Source: Alphaproteobacteria bacterium (GTDB taxonomy: Bacteria; Pseudomonadota; Alphaproteobacteria; JAAXGF01). From it: a stretch of DNA of 64,000 nt. Both the position numbers and the translations under genes were made by a program. Position 1 is the stretch's first letter. Each line of letters begins with the position of its first letter. The notes under the pieces were generated by a model. That model did no database searches and was not told the origin of the DNA. It saw nothing but the letters and a program-made list of their open reading frames with translations. The stretch lies in contig CAUVXB020000002.1 of the NCBI GenBank assembly GCA_963555825.3, positions 2,432,001 through 2,496,000 on the forward strand, given 5' to 3'. This document shows positions 40,056-50,274 of the stretch, one piece after another.

Positions 40056-42173
40056 CTACTTCGGCGGCTTCTTGCCCTTGTTGCCGCCATTGCCGCCGCC
40101 ACCATTGCCGCCGCCGCCGTCGCCGCTACCACCACCGCCCTTGCTGGCGGTGGTGCCCTCGGCGGTGTTGCTGCGCGCTACGTTGCCGGCGCCGTCGACC
40201 GCGTCGACAACGTAGCTGTACGTCGTGCCGCTGGCCAGGCCAGTATGGTTGTAGCTCATCGAGGTCGTCGTCGCGAGCAACGTGCCGCCGCTGTACATCG
40301 CGTAGTGGTCGAGGCCGACGCCAGCGTCCTGCGACGCGGTCCAGCTCAGAGAGGCGCGGTTCTTGCGTGTCAGCACGGCGCTCAGCACCGGCGCATCGGG
40401 CGGGCTGCCGTCGACCATGTAGCTGGCCAGCGACGTCGTGCTGTCGGCCGCGTCGTAGGCCTCGGCCGAGACGCCGTAGGTGCCGTCCTGCGCACCGTTG
40501 GCGTTCACCGTGAAGCTCAGCGTGACGGCCGCGCCGGGCGCCAGCGCGCCCGTGTTGTCCATCGAGGGACCGGACAACAGCGGGACATCGGCGTCCATGG
40601 CGACTTCGAAGGCGCGGGCGTCGCACACCGAGGTGTCGCGGTTGGTGACCGTGACGTTGAAGTCGTCCGAGCCGTCCGGCGCCGAGGCCGCGATGGCCGG
40701 GCTGATGTTGATCGACGGCGCCGCGGTCAGGCATTCGACGTTGAAGTCGACGCGCACGTCGACCGTGCCGTCACCGTTATCGGCGAGCTGGGTGATGGTG
40801 ATCTCGTTCGCCGCGTCGACGAACTCGAGCGTCGCGCCGCTGCCCGAGCCGTCGTCGTAGAGCGAGCGGATGAACAGCGTGCGGTTATAGCCCGAGCCGC
40901 GGTAGCGGTGGATGTTGACGCCGCGCGTATAGGTGCTCGACAGGCTGCCGTAGCTGCCGACCGGTTCGCGCACCGAAAGATAGTAGTAATCGCTCGAATC
41001 GGGTTTGGCGATGCGCAGCGCGCGCGGCCCTGCGGCCAGTCCGAAATCCTCTTCCACCGGATAGAGCGTGAAATCGCCGGTCGCCGAGACGTCGACGATG
41101 GTGTTGTCGGTCGCGTCGAACCAGTTCATCTGCTGGGTGTGCGGCGCGTTGAAGACGTGCCAGGCGCGCGACAGGCCCATCGGGTCCGAATAGTCGCCGT
41201 ATTCCGAATCGACCGTGCCGTCGTTGCCGGGATCGGTCGAGGCATGCGCCATGCTGAGGTTGTGGCCGAGCTCGTGGGCGTAGACCATGCCCGACTCGCC
41301 CTCGGCGAGCCACGACCGGCAGAAGCCCGATTTGTATGAGTCGTTGCGGTTGCAGCCGACGTTGGCGACGCCGGCCCAGGTGCAGGCCTGGTCGTTGTAG
41401 CGCGGCACGACATAGACGCGATGGTCGTAGAGCGAGAGGTCGATATTCGCCGCGTCGGCCGCGGCATCGGCCTTGTAGGCCCAGTCATAGTAGTCGCAGA
41501 CGTTGCTCGGCGCGTCGATCTGGAATGGCCCGAAGACGTCGGCTGCGCCGTCGCCGTCGGTGTCGGGGACGAAAGTCATCTGGCCGTAGGAGCTGGTCTG
41601 GTAGAGCTGATCGACGTTCTGCGAGCCGGTGTACATCTGGCCGGTGATCGACGCGATGGTGTAGCGCGCCGAGGCGAAGGCGTCGGTCAGGTCGATCATC
41701 AAAACCAGCGCGCGGCGCTCGGTCAGCGCCGCCGCGTCGGCGCCCGCGTCGGCCTCGGTCGAGGCCCCGCCCATCGCCGCGATCGTCTCGTGCACCTCGA
41801 TGGCGCGGCCGCGCGCGTTGCCGCGCACCGTCAGCACGTCGCCCGAGAGCAGCCCCTTGGGCGCCGCGCGGGCGAACGTGAGATCGAACTGTTTGCCGCT
41901 CGCCGCGTCATGCAGGACATAGCGGTACGACGATCGGCCGCGCGCATAGTCGTCGATGTGCAGCACGTCGACCTCGCCGGTGACCTCGATCGGCGCGCCG
42001 GACCCGGCCTCCTGTGCAGCGGCCCGGTCGATCGCGAGGCCGAACGCGAGGACGGCGGACATCGCCGCGGCGACGCCCCACCGGACGAGCCGTGCCGGAT
42101 CGGTCAGCCTGGCGGTCTTGCCGGGGGTCTCTTGCCGGGAAGCGGAATCGCTCTTGCCAGTCGGTTTGGTCAT
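40056..42173 (-). CDS. Secreted zinc metallopeptidase (M11 gametolysin-like) with FN3 domain
   Basis: HELGHNLSMAH, EYGDYSDPMG; C-terminal LSWTAS..Y..TTYSY; Gly-rich tail. Confidence 0.78.
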   Translation of the reverse strand: MTKPTGKSDSASRQETPGKTARLTDPARLVRWGVAAAMSAVLAFGLAIDRAAAQEAGSGAPIEVTGEVDVLHIDDYARGRSSYRYVLHDAASGKQFDLTFARAAPKGLLSGDVLTVRGNARGRAIEVHETIAAMGGASTEADAGADAAALTERRALVLMIDLTDAFASARYTIASITGQMYTGSQNVDQLYQTSSYGQMTFVPDTDGDGAADVFGPFQIDAPSNVCDYYDWAYKADAAADAANIDLSLYDHRVYVVPRYNDQACTWAGVANVGCNRNDSYKSGFCRSWLAEGESGMVYAHELGHNLSMAHASTDPGNDGTVDSEYGDYSDPMGLSRAWHVFNAPHTQQMNWFDATDNTIVDVSATGDFTLYPVEEDFGLAAGPRALRIAKPDSSDYYYLSVREPVGSYGSLSSTYTRGVNIHRYRGSGYNRTLFIRSLYDDGSGSGATLEFVDAANEITITQLADNGDGTVDVRVDFNVECLTAAPSINISPAIAASAPDGSDDFNVTVTNRDTSVCDARAFEVAMDADVPLLSGPSMDNTGALAPGAAVTLSFTVNANGAQDGTYGVSAEAYDAADSTTSLASYMVDGSPPDAPVLSAVLTRKNRASLSWTASQDAGVGLDHYAMYSGGTLLATTTSMSYNHTGLASGTTYSYVVDAVDGAGNVARSNTAEGTTASKGGGGSGDGGGGNGGGGNGGNKGKKPPK

Positions 42174-42290
42174 AATACCCACCTCTTGAAATTGCCTTCG
42201 AGCCGGTGCGCCGCCCGCCCACAACAGGTAGCCTCCACCCATATAATTCAACGTTAGTCTACGTCGAATGTTGCCGCGCGCGCAGTGATT

Positions 42291-42314
42291 GTCATCACCC
42301 GATCGGGTGATGAC
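42291..42314. promoter_or_regulatory. Perfect 24-bp palindrome in divergent intergenic region
   Basis: gtcatcacccgatcgggtgatgac equals its own reverse complement; function unknown. Confidence 0.4.
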
Positions 42315-42392
42315 TCGGGAAAGAGGTTGCCATCGCGGCGGCGTGGCTCAAGAATCGGACCGACAGCGCGACTGCGCGAACGGGAGGCGACG

Positions 42393-43436
42393 ATGGAGCT
42401 GCCGAGCCATTACGATCCGGCCAACGCGGCCGACTGGGCCTACGGCCCCGACCAACGGGCCCTCTTCGAGGCCGCGCGCGCCTGGCGCGCCGAGCACGGC
42501 ATCGCGCCGGCGGCCGACGACCGCGTGACGGTCGAGCTCGTCGTCATCGACGCGCAGCGCGACTTCTGCTTTCCGCAAGGCAGCCTCTACGTCGGCGGAC
42601 GCAGTGGCAGCGGCGCGCTCGACGACAACGACCGCATGGCCCGGCTGATCTACCGCAACCTCGGGCGCATTACCTCGATCACGCCGACCATGGACACGCA
42701 TTATCCATTGCAGATCTTCTTCGCCTCGTTCTGGCTCGACCGCGACGACCGGCCGGCCCAGCCACACACGACCATCGCGCTCGACGACGTGCAGTCGGGC
42801 GCCTGGCGGCCGCATCCCGACCTGGTCGACAGCTTGAGCCTGCCCGACGACGACTGGCTTCTCAAGCAGTGCCAGCACTACTGCGCCGAGCTCGAGCGTG
42901 CCGGCAAGTACCAGCTCTACATCTGGCCCGAGCATTGCCTGCTGGGCAGCGCCGGCCACATGCTGGCCGGCGTGGTGCACGAGGCGCGGCTGTTCCACGC
43001 CTACGCGCGCGCGGCCGAAGACCGCGTCGAGATCAAGGGCGACCACCCGCTGACCGAGAACTATTCGGTGTTCAACCCGGAAGTCCTGACGCGCTGGGAC
43101 GGCCAGGGGAACCTAGCCGAGAAGCGCACTGACTTCCTCGACAAGCTGTTGGCGCGCGACGCCATCGTCTTCGTCGGCGAGGCCGGCTCGCACTGCGTCA
43201 AGTCGTCGATCGACGACTTCCTCGACGAGATCCGCGCGCGCGACGAGCGCCTGGCCGCGAAGTGCTACGTCGTCACCGATTGCACTTCCGCCGTCACCGT
43301 GCCCGACGGCGCGGGTGGCTTCGTCGCCGACTTCACGCCGTTCATGGAGGAAGCGTTCGAACGCTACGCCGCCGCCGGCATGCACCTGGTCACGTCGGAG
43401 GTCGACATGCGCGACTGGCCGGGCATGCCGGCTTGA
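42393..43436 (+). CDS. Nicotinamidase-like cysteine hydrolase
   Basis: IDAQRDFC, DTH, WPEHC, GEAGSHCV. Confidence 0.85.
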   Translation: MELPSHYDPANAADWAYGPDQRALFEAARAWRAEHGIAPAADDRVTVELVVIDAQRDFCFPQGSLYVGGRSGSGALDDNDRMARLIYRNLGRITSITPTMDTHYPLQIFFASFWLDRDDRPAQPHTTIALDDVQSGAWRPHPDLVDSLSLPDDDWLLKQCQHYCAELERAGKYQLYIWPEHCLLGSAGHMLAGVVHEARLFHAYARAAEDRVEIKGDHPLTENYSVFNPEVLTRWDGQGNLAEKRTDFLDKLLARDAIVFVGEAGSHCVKSSIDDFLDEIRARDERLAAKCYVVTDCTSAVTVPDGAGGFVADFTPFMEEAFERYAAAGMHLVTSEVDMRDWPGMPA

Positions 43437-43455
43437 GCGCCGGGATGTCGCCCGG

Positions 43456-45513
43456 ATGAAGAGCCTGTGGCGCGACGCCGATGCCGAGGCGATGGTCGCC
43501 CGCTATGCCGACGACGGCGTCGGCCGCGACGTGGCGCTGCGCGTCTACACGACGCGGCTGCTGGGCGGCGAGCCCCGGCTGGTGCTGCACGGCGGCGGCA
43601 ACACCTCGGTCAAGACGCGCCTCCCCGACCCGATGGGCGGCGAGGCCGAAGTCATGTGCGTCAAGGGCTCGGGCTGGGACATGGCGTCGATCGAGCCGGC
43701 CGGCCTGCCCGCCGTACGCCTGGCGCCGTTGCGTGAACTGCGCGCGTTCGAGACGCTCTCCGACGAGGAGATGGTCAACCTGCAGCGCCTCAATCTGCTC
43801 GACTCGGGCGCGCCCAACCCGTCCGTCGAGACGCTGCTGCACGCCTTCCTGCCACACAAGTTCGTCGACCACAGCCACGCCACCGCCGTGCTCGCGATTA
43901 CCGACCAGGCCGACGGCGTCGAGCGCTGCGCCGCGCTCTACGGCGAACGCATGGCACTGGTGCCCTACATCATGCCCGGCTTTCCGCTCGCCAAGGCGGT
44001 CGCCGACATCCACGACGCCCGACCCGGTATCGAGGGGCTGGTGCTGCTCAAGCACGGCGTCTTTACCATGGGCGAGAGCGCCCAAGAGGCCTATGAGCGA
44101 ATGATCGAACAGGTCAGTCGGGCGGAGGACTACATCAAGCGCAACCGCACCGCCAAACCGGTGCCGGCCGCCCTGCCCGAGCGCCTGTTGCCGGCCGCCG
44201 AGGTCGCGCCGGTTCTGCGCGGGCTGACCGCGCTGGCGCTCGATGAAGCCGAGGGCGAGTACCGCAAGTTCGTCTTCGCGTTGCGCGACGGCGAGAGGGT
44301 GCGCGCTTACGTCGATGGCGCCGAGCTGCACCGCTATGCGCAGGTCGGCGTGGTCACGCCCGACCACGCCATCCGCACCAAACACATGCCCTTGATCGTG
44401 CCGCCGGCCGACGCCGACATGGCGGACGCCTTCCGCGACGGCGCCAAGGCGGCGATCGACAACTACGTCGCTGCTTACCAGGCCTATTTCGAGCGCAATA
44501 ATGCGACGGCCGCGTCGCCCAAGACCGCGCTCGACGCGATGCCGCGCGTGGTTCTGGTGCCGGGACTGGGCCTGTTCGGATTGGGGGCTTCAGCCCGAGC
44601 GGCCACGGTCGCCGCCGACGTCGCCGAGAACGCCATCGAGGTGATCGGCCAAGCCGAGGCGATCGGCCGCTTCGAATCGATCTCGGAGGCCGAGATGTTC
44701 GCGGTCGAGTACTGGTCGCTCGAGCAGGCCAAGCTGGGCACGGCCGCCGAGCCGCCGCTGGCGCGCCAGATCGTCGTGGTCACCGGCGGCGCATCCGGCA
44801 TCGGCGCGGCGACCGCCGCGGCCTTCGCGGCCGAGGGCGCCGAAGTCGCGGTACTCGACCGCGACGCCGAGGGCGCCGAGGCGACGGCGAAGCGCTTTGG
44901 CGGTCTGGCACTCGCCTGCGACGTTACCGACGCGCGCCAGGTCGACGCCGCGTTCGACGTTATTTGCGAAACCTACGGCGGCGTCGACATCGTCGTGTCC
45001 AACGCCGGCGCGGCGTGGCAGGGGCGCATCGGCGAGGTCGACGACGCGGTGTTGCGCGCAAGCTTCGAGCTCAACTTCTTCGCCCACCAGAGCGTCGCCA
45101 AGGCCGCCGTGCGCGTCATGCGCGTCCAGGGCACCGGCGGCGTGCTGCTGTTCAACGCGTCGAAGCAGGCGCTCAACCCGGGTCCCGACTTCGGCCCCTA
45201 CGGATTGCCCAAGGCGGCGACACTGGCGCTCGCCCGGCAATACGCCATCGACTACGGCTCGTGCGGCATCCGCGCAAACGCGGTCAACGCCGACCGCGTG
45301 CGCACCGGGCTCTACGCCGACGGCGTGCTCGAGCAACGCGCCGCGGCGCGCGGCCTCTCGGTCGCCGATTACCTGGCCGGCGCCAACTTGCTGAAGCGCG
45401 AGGTCACGGTCGCCGACGTCGCCGCCGCCTTCGTCTCGCTCGCCAAGGCACGCAAGACGACCGGCGCGGTGCACACCGTCGACGGCGGCAACATCGCCGC
45501 CGCGCCGCGCTGA
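43456..45513 (+). CDS. Bifunctional class II aldolase / short-chain dehydrogenase
   Basis: HGGGNTSVK, PSVETLLH, EYWSLEQAKL, TGGASGIG, YGLPK. Confidence 0.9.
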   Translation: MKSLWRDADAEAMVARYADDGVGRDVALRVYTTRLLGGEPRLVLHGGGNTSVKTRLPDPMGGEAEVMCVKGSGWDMASIEPAGLPAVRLAPLRELRAFETLSDEEMVNLQRLNLLDSGAPNPSVETLLHAFLPHKFVDHSHATAVLAITDQADGVERCAALYGERMALVPYIMPGFPLAKAVADIHDARPGIEGLVLLKHGVFTMGESAQEAYERMIEQVSRAEDYIKRNRTAKPVPAALPERLLPAAEVAPVLRGLTALALDEAEGEYRKFVFALRDGERVRAYVDGAELHRYAQVGVVTPDHAIRTKHMPLIVPPADADMADAFRDGAKAAIDNYVAAYQAYFERNNATAASPKTALDAMPRVVLVPGLGLFGLGASARAATVAADVAENAIEVIGQAEAIGRFESISEAEMFAVEYWSLEQAKLGTAAEPPLARQIVVVTGGASGIGAATAAAFAAEGAEVAVLDRDAEGAEATAKRFGGLALACDVTDARQVDAAFDVICETYGGVDIVVSNAGAAWQGRIGEVDDAVLRASFELNFFAHQSVAKAAVRVMRVQGTGGVLLFNASKQALNPGPDFGPYGLPKAATLALARQYAIDYGSCGIRANAVNADRVRTGLYADGVLEQRAAARGLSVADYLAGANLLKREVTVADVAAAFVSLAKARKTTGAVHTVDGGNIAAAPR

Positions 45514-45553
45514 GCGACTTTTCCGGCACCCGCGAACCGGCTAGGATAGCGCC

Positions 45554-46144
45554 ATGGCCGGACACCACCACGATCAGCCCGAAGCGGACGTCGTCCTGCG
45601 TGTCAAGGCGATCGAGCAGCTTTTTACCGAGAAGGGGCTGGTCGACCCGGCGGCGCTCGACGCGCTGGTCGATCTCTACGAGAACCGCATCGGGCCGCGA
45701 AACGGCGCGCGCGTCGTCGCCCGCGCCTGGACCGATGCCGACTACAAGGCGCGGCTGATGGCGGACGCGAGCGCTGCGATCGTCGAGTGCGGCTATTCGG
45801 GCATTCAGGGCGAGGACATGGTGGTCGTCGAGAACACTCGCCAAACCCACAACGTCGTCGTCTGCACGCTGTGCTCGTGCTACCCCTGGCCGGTGCTGGG
45901 GTTGCCGCCGGTCTGGTACAAGTCCGCCGCCTACCGCGCCCGCGTGGTGCGCGAACCGCGCGGCGTCTTGCGCGAGTTCGGCCTCGCGATCGGCGACGAC
46001 GTCGAGGTCCGGGTCTGGGATTCGAGCGCCGAGGTGCGCTATCTGGTGCTGCCGATGCGGCCCGACGGCACCGAGGGGCTGAGCGAGGATGCGCTCGCTG
46101 ACATCGTCACGCGCGACGGCATGATCGGCGTCGCGGCGGTCTGA
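45554..46144 (+). CDS. nthA: Co-type nitrile hydratase alpha subunit
   Basis: VCTLCSCYP metal-binding motif, WYKS..YR.R. Confidence 0.93.
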   Translation: MAGHHHDQPEADVVLRVKAIEQLFTEKGLVDPAALDALVDLYENRIGPRNGARVVARAWTDADYKARLMADASAAIVECGYSGIQGEDMVVVENTRQTHNVVVCTLCSCYPWPVLGLPPVWYKSAAYRARVVREPRGVLREFGLAIGDDVEVRVWDSSAEVRYLVLPMRPDGTEGLSEDALADIVTRDGMIGVAAV

Positions 46145-46145
46145 C

Positions 46146-46460
46146 ATGGACGGCATCCACGATTTGGGCGGCATGCACGGTTTCGGCGCGATCAGCCGCG
46201 CGGTCGACGAGCCGGTCTTCCACGCCGAATGGGAGCGCCGCGTCTTCGCCCTCGACCTGCTGGTCGAGGCCTTCGTCGAGGGCGCCAACATCGACGCCTT
46301 CCGCCACGCGATCGAGCGGCTCGAGCCGGCGACCTATCTCGGCGTGAGCTATTACGAGAAATGGGCGCACGCGCTCGAGACGCTGCTCGTCGACGCCGGC
46401 GTGGTGACGCTCGAAGAAATCGCCGAACGCGTCGCCGCGCTCGAGGAAGGCGGCGGCTGA
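46146..46460 (+). CDS. nthB: Nitrile hydratase beta subunit, N-terminal half
   Basis: MDGIHDLGGMHGFG, FHAEWERR, RHAIER, SYYEKW. Confidence 0.88.
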   Translation: MDGIHDLGGMHGFGAISRAVDEPVFHAEWERRVFALDLLVEAFVEGANIDAFRHAIERLEPATYLGVSYYEKWAHALETLLVDAGVVTLEEIAERVAALEEGGG

Positions 46461-48732
46461 TGGACGCGCTTCCCGCCGCCGCGGTCAAGGCGATCGTCAT
46501 GGAGGGCGGCAGCGCCAGGCGTGATGTCGCCGACGCCGCGGCGCGCTTCAAGCCGGGCGACGCCGTGGTCGCGCGCAACATCCACCCAGCGGGTCACACG
46601 CGGCTGCCGCGCTACGCGCGCGGCAAGCGGGGATTTGGTGCGCCAGGCGAACTGGCAGAAGGTAGGGGGTGCAAGTCCCCCGGAACGAAGGAGTAACCGA
46701 ACCACGTTTCTCCGCGAGCCGTGCGTTGGCTCCCGTGAGGGGGCAGGCGAAGCGTCGGTAGCGGCATGGATGGGCAGGGCTATTGAGCACCGTAAAAGCG
46801 ATGGTCCGGGGTGCCGAGGCTTTCAGATCGGTCGAAGGCAATATCGCAGGCGTCGTTTTGGTGAGATGTCGGCGAGCCCCGCGGTGTCAGAGAACCCATG
46901 CACGTTCGCACGCCTTCTGTTGGGACCCTGGGAGGTCTTCAAACTGCCCCGGTTGTCGTAAAGGGGCCGCGTAGGGAATGGAGAAAACCGAAGCCTATGA
47001 TGAACGGTTTGAAGAAGTCGGATGAGGCCGTACGACCTGTGAGGGCGGCGAACAAGGGAGCGCGAGCTTCTGCGGAGTCGCCGGAGGAAAGGGCCTCAAC
47101 CAAGGGGAAGCCGGATTGCCAAAGCACGCGCCGAACCCAGTGTCGGGTAAGCGTGCCACAGGCGGCGGCCCGGATACGGAAAGCTGCAGAGAGAAACCCG
47201 AAGGAACGTCTCACTGCGCTCTTCCACCACATTACGCCGGACGCGCTCGGTGCGGCCTACTTCGCATTGAAGAAGGACGCAGCAGCCGGTGTCGACGGCG
47301 TTACGTGGGACATGTACGGCGAGGGTCTGGATGAGCGCCTGCTCGACCTGCACCGGCGCCTGCACAGAGGGGGAGCGTACCGGGCGCCGCCGGTTCGGCG
47401 GGTAGAGATACCCAAGCCGGACGGGGGGACACGACCGCTCGGGATCGCGGCGCTGGAGGACAAGGTCGTCCAGAAGGCGGTTGTGGATGTGATCCTGACA
47501 CCGATCTACGAGGTGGTGTTTCTTGGCTTCAGCTACGGGTTCCGACCGGGGCGGGGGGCGCACGATGCGCTCGATGCCCTGGCCTTCGGGATAGAACGGC
47601 GCAAGGTCAGCTGGATAGTCGATGCAGACCTCCGGGCGTACTTCGACACGATCCCGCGGGATTGGTTGATCACGTTCCTAGAGCACCGCATCGGAGACAG
47701 GCGGGTCATCCGTCTGATCCGGAAATGGCTGAACGCCGGCGTCATAGAGAGTGGGTCATGGGCAGATACGGGTATGGGCACGCCGCAGGGGGCAATAGTC
47801 TCCCCCGTCTTGGCGAACGTGTTCCTGCATTACGTGCTCGACTTGTGGTTCCACAAGAAATGGCGCCCGAACGTCCCGGATGGCGAAGCGATCATCGTCC
47901 GTTACGCTGACGATATCGTTGTCGGGTTCCAACACAAGCGGGATGCGGAGCGGTACCTCCGCGACGTTCGGGAGAGGCTGGCCCGGTTCGGTCTCAGCCT
48001 CCACCAGGACAAGACCCGCCTCGTGGAGTTTGGCCGGTTCGCGGATTTGAACCGGCGCCAGCGCGGGGTGGGCAAGCCGGAGACATTCGACTTTCTGGGC
48101 CTCACGCACTATTGCACGACGACCCTGAGAGGACGCTTTCGGCTTGGTCGCAAACCGGTTGCCAAACGGGTCAACAGGACCCTGGCGCGCATCGACGAGG
48201 TGCTTCGCAAGCGCTGGCACCACGACATCTGGGAAGTTGGTAGGTGGCTGGGGCGAGTCTGCAATGGCTGGCTCAACTACTTTGCCGTCCCAGGGTCAGG
48301 CCGGTCCATCCGTGCGTTCCTCCGCAGGCTGCAACGCCGGTGGATGCGGGCGCTACGCCGCCGGTCCCAGCGAGCCCGATTTAGTTGGAAGCGACTGGAG
48401 CGCATGACCGAAATCCTGTGGCCACGCGCCTCCATCCGCCACCCATGGCCGGACCAGCGGTTTGCCGTCAAGCACCCGAGGTAGGAGCCGGATGGTTCAA
48501 CGACCACGTCCGGATCTGCGCGGGGGGTGCGCAGCAATGCGCATTCCTACCGTAACTCGACCGGGTCCACGGCGTCTTCGTCTTCCCCGACACCAACGCC
48601 ATGGGCGGCGGAGAGCAGCCGCACACGCTTTATTCGGTGTGTTTCACGGGCGAGGTGCTGTGGGGCGCCGACGGGCACGCGCGCGACCGCTGCTACATCG
48701 ACCTCTGGGACCGCTACCTCGACCCGGCATGA
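46460..48732 (+). CDS. Nitrile hydratase beta C-terminal SH3 half; exons 46460-46637 and 48557-48732
   Basis: Spliced frame reads [30 protein letters not shown]...YSVCF..LWG..IDLWDRYL. Confidence 0.88.
46638..48556 (+). mobile_element. Group II intron (En-minus, probably bacterial class E)
   Basis: 5' GTGCG, 3' AAC, domain V gagccggatg..cacgtccggatc, domain VI with bulged A; removal restores the host frame. Confidence 0.92.
46997..48484 (+). CDS. ltrA: Group II intron reverse transcriptase/maturase
   Basis: IPKPDG..RPLGI, SYGFRPGR, GTPQG, RYADD, FDFLG, GWLNYF; no HNH domain; start uncertain. Confidence 0.93.
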   Translation: MMNGLKKSDEAVRPVRAANKGARASAESPEERASTKGKPDCQSTRRTQCRVSVPQAAARIRKAAERNPKERLTALFHHITPDALGAAYFALKKDAAAGVDGVTWDMYGEGLDERLLDLHRRLHRGGAYRAPPVRRVEIPKPDGGTRPLGIAALEDKVVQKAVVDVILTPIYEVVFLGFSYGFRPGRGAHDALDALAFGIERRKVSWIVDADLRAYFDTIPRDWLITFLEHRIGDRRVIRLIRKWLNAGVIESGSWADTGMGTPQGAIVSPVLANVFLHYVLDLWFHKKWRPNVPDGEAIIVRYADDIVVGFQHKRDAERYLRDVRERLARFGLSLHQDKTRLVEFGRFADLNRRQRGVGKPETFDFLGLTHYCTTTLRGRFRLGRKPVAKRVNRTLARIDEVLRKRWHHDIWEVGRWLGRVCNGWLNYFAVPGSGRSIRAFLRRLQRRWMRALRRRSQRARFSWKRLERMTEILWPRASIRHPWPDQRFAVKHPR

Positions 48733-49070
48733 GCGCCGCGCCGCCGACCACCGGCGACACCCCCGTCTTCGCCGAACCTTGGCAGGCGCGCGCCTTCGCG
48801 GTCGTCGTCAAGCTCTGTCAGGACGGCCACGCCGAGTGGGACGTATTCCAGCGCCGCCTGATCGCCGAGATCGGCGCGGCCGACGCGGCGGGCGACGACA
48901 CGACCGGTTACTACGAGCACTGGCTGGCCGCCTGCGAGCGGCTGCTCGTCGAGCGCGGCCTGGCGGCGCCCGGCGACCTCGCCCGGCGCAAGGCCGCCGT
49001 CGCCGCCAGCCGTCCGCCGCCGACCCGCGCCGTCGCCAACCCGGTCGTCATCGACCCCGCGCGGCGCTAG
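48729..49070 (+). CDS. Nitrile hydratase accessory protein
   Basis: PVFAEPWQARAFA, YYEHWLAA.ERL; ATGA-coupled to the SH3 gene. Confidence 0.85.
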   Translation: MSAAPPTTGDTPVFAEPWQARAFAVVVKLCQDGHAEWDVFQRRLIAEIGAADAAGDDTTGYYEHWLAACERLLVERGLAAPGDLARRKAAVAASRPPPTRAVANPVVIDPARR

Positions 49071-49197
49071 ATTATTGTGCAACCGACCGGAGTGGATCGG
49101 CATCTACCAGCCTGCGACCGCAGGCCGCCGACCGTTCGGCGAGAGCAAGCGCGGCGATTGAGCGCAGGTCAGCAAAGCTGACCGTACAAAAAGCTCA
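49068..49197 (+). repeat. Structured repeat family S, short copy filling the gap between convergent stop codons
   Basis: ctaccagcctgcgaccgcaggccgccgaccgttcggc..gcgcggcgattgagcgcaggtcagcaaagctgacc. Confidence 0.85.
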
Positions 49198-49941
49198 CGC
49201 CTCGGTCATGAAGTCCTTGAACTGTTCGGCCAGCGCGGCGGCCGAGGCGGCGATCAGGCGTTCGCCGTGCTCGGGGCGGGCGAGCGAGGAATCGGCGCCC
49301 ATACGGCCGTCTGGATAGCGCCGGCGAAAGTCTTGCGCGCCGTAGATTGGCCCGTCGGGCGGCAGCTTGGGGTCGAGCTCGGCCTGCTTGATCGAGCCGG
49401 GGTAGGCGAACTGCGTGACCGAGACCTCGGACGGCGTCGCGTGGCTGCCCTCGGCGCCGGCGTAGAGTTCCCTCGAAATCGCCTGGACTTCCCTGTTGGC
49501 CCACCAGTTGACCAGCCGACAGCGCACGCTGGGCGCGTTGGCGCCTGCGCGTTCGCCGAGCACGGCGTAGGTCTCGAAGAAGGCGGCGTTGATCGTCGCG
49601 ATGTTGCCGCCGTGGCCGTTGAAGAACAGCACGCGCTCGAAACCGTGGCGCGCCAGCGAGACGACGTAATCCGAAATGACCGAGATCAGCGTAGTCGGCC
49701 GGTAGGTGATGGTGCCGGAGAACGCCATGTGGTGCTCGGCCATGCCGACCGAGATGGTCGGCGCGACAAGCACGTCCTCGGCGTCGCCCATGCGCTGGGC
49801 GATGATCTCGGGGCACAGCGCGTCGGTGCCCAGGAGGCCCATCGGCCCGTGCTGTTCGGTCGAGCCGATCGGCACGATGATGCCCTTCGAGCGTTCGAGA
49901 TAAGCGTCGATCTCCTGCCAGGTACGATGCTGCAACTGCAT
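49195..49941 (-). CDS. Creatininase family amidohydrolase
   Basis: [22 protein letters not shown]. Confidence 0.92.
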   Translation of the reverse strand: MQLQHRTWQEIDAYLERSKGIIVPIGSTEQHGPMGLLGTDALCPEIIAQRMGDAEDVLVAPTISVGMAEHHMAFSGTITYRPTTLISVISDYVVSLARHGFERVLFFNGHGGNIATINAAFFETYAVLGERAGANAPSVRCRLVNWWANREVQAISRELYAGAEGSHATPSEVSVTQFAYPGSIKQAELDPKLPPDGPIYGAQDFRRRYPDGRMGADSSLARPEHGERLIAASAAALAEQFKDFMTEA

Positions 49942-50013
49942 GTTCCGCGTCCTCCCCGCGTGGCCGATTGAGGCGCAGAGCCTAGCCCGGTTCGCGCGGT
50001 GGGGATAGGCGCG

Positions 50014-50088
50014 TCATGTCTGCCTTGCGCCCGAAAGCAGACATCGGGTTACGGCCAACGGTAAAGCCGCTTTTGACCCGAAGCGGCC
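50014..50088 (+). repeat. Hairpin array type L
   Basis: atgtctgccttgcgcccgaaagcagacat...gccgcttttgacccgaagcggc; homologous to 17311-17386. Confidence 0.8.
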
Positions 50089-50274
50089 CAAAGGTTGGAT
50101 TGAGGAGCGGCGGCTGGAATCGACCCCCAACGGACTCACGCATGAGCTTCCTTAAAGCGGACATTCGACTCGCTTCGTCGCAGCTTGGAGGCATCCAACA
50201 CTGACAGCTGAGTCGGCCCCGATTTCCTTGGACACAGAATTGGCTTAATCGAAGTGTCCAAGGAGGACCGGAAC

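Noticed and set aside
46898-48484. RT as retron, DGR or CRISPR-associated RT
   Set aside because: YADD, maturase domain, domains V/VI and exact exon restoration identify a group II intron.
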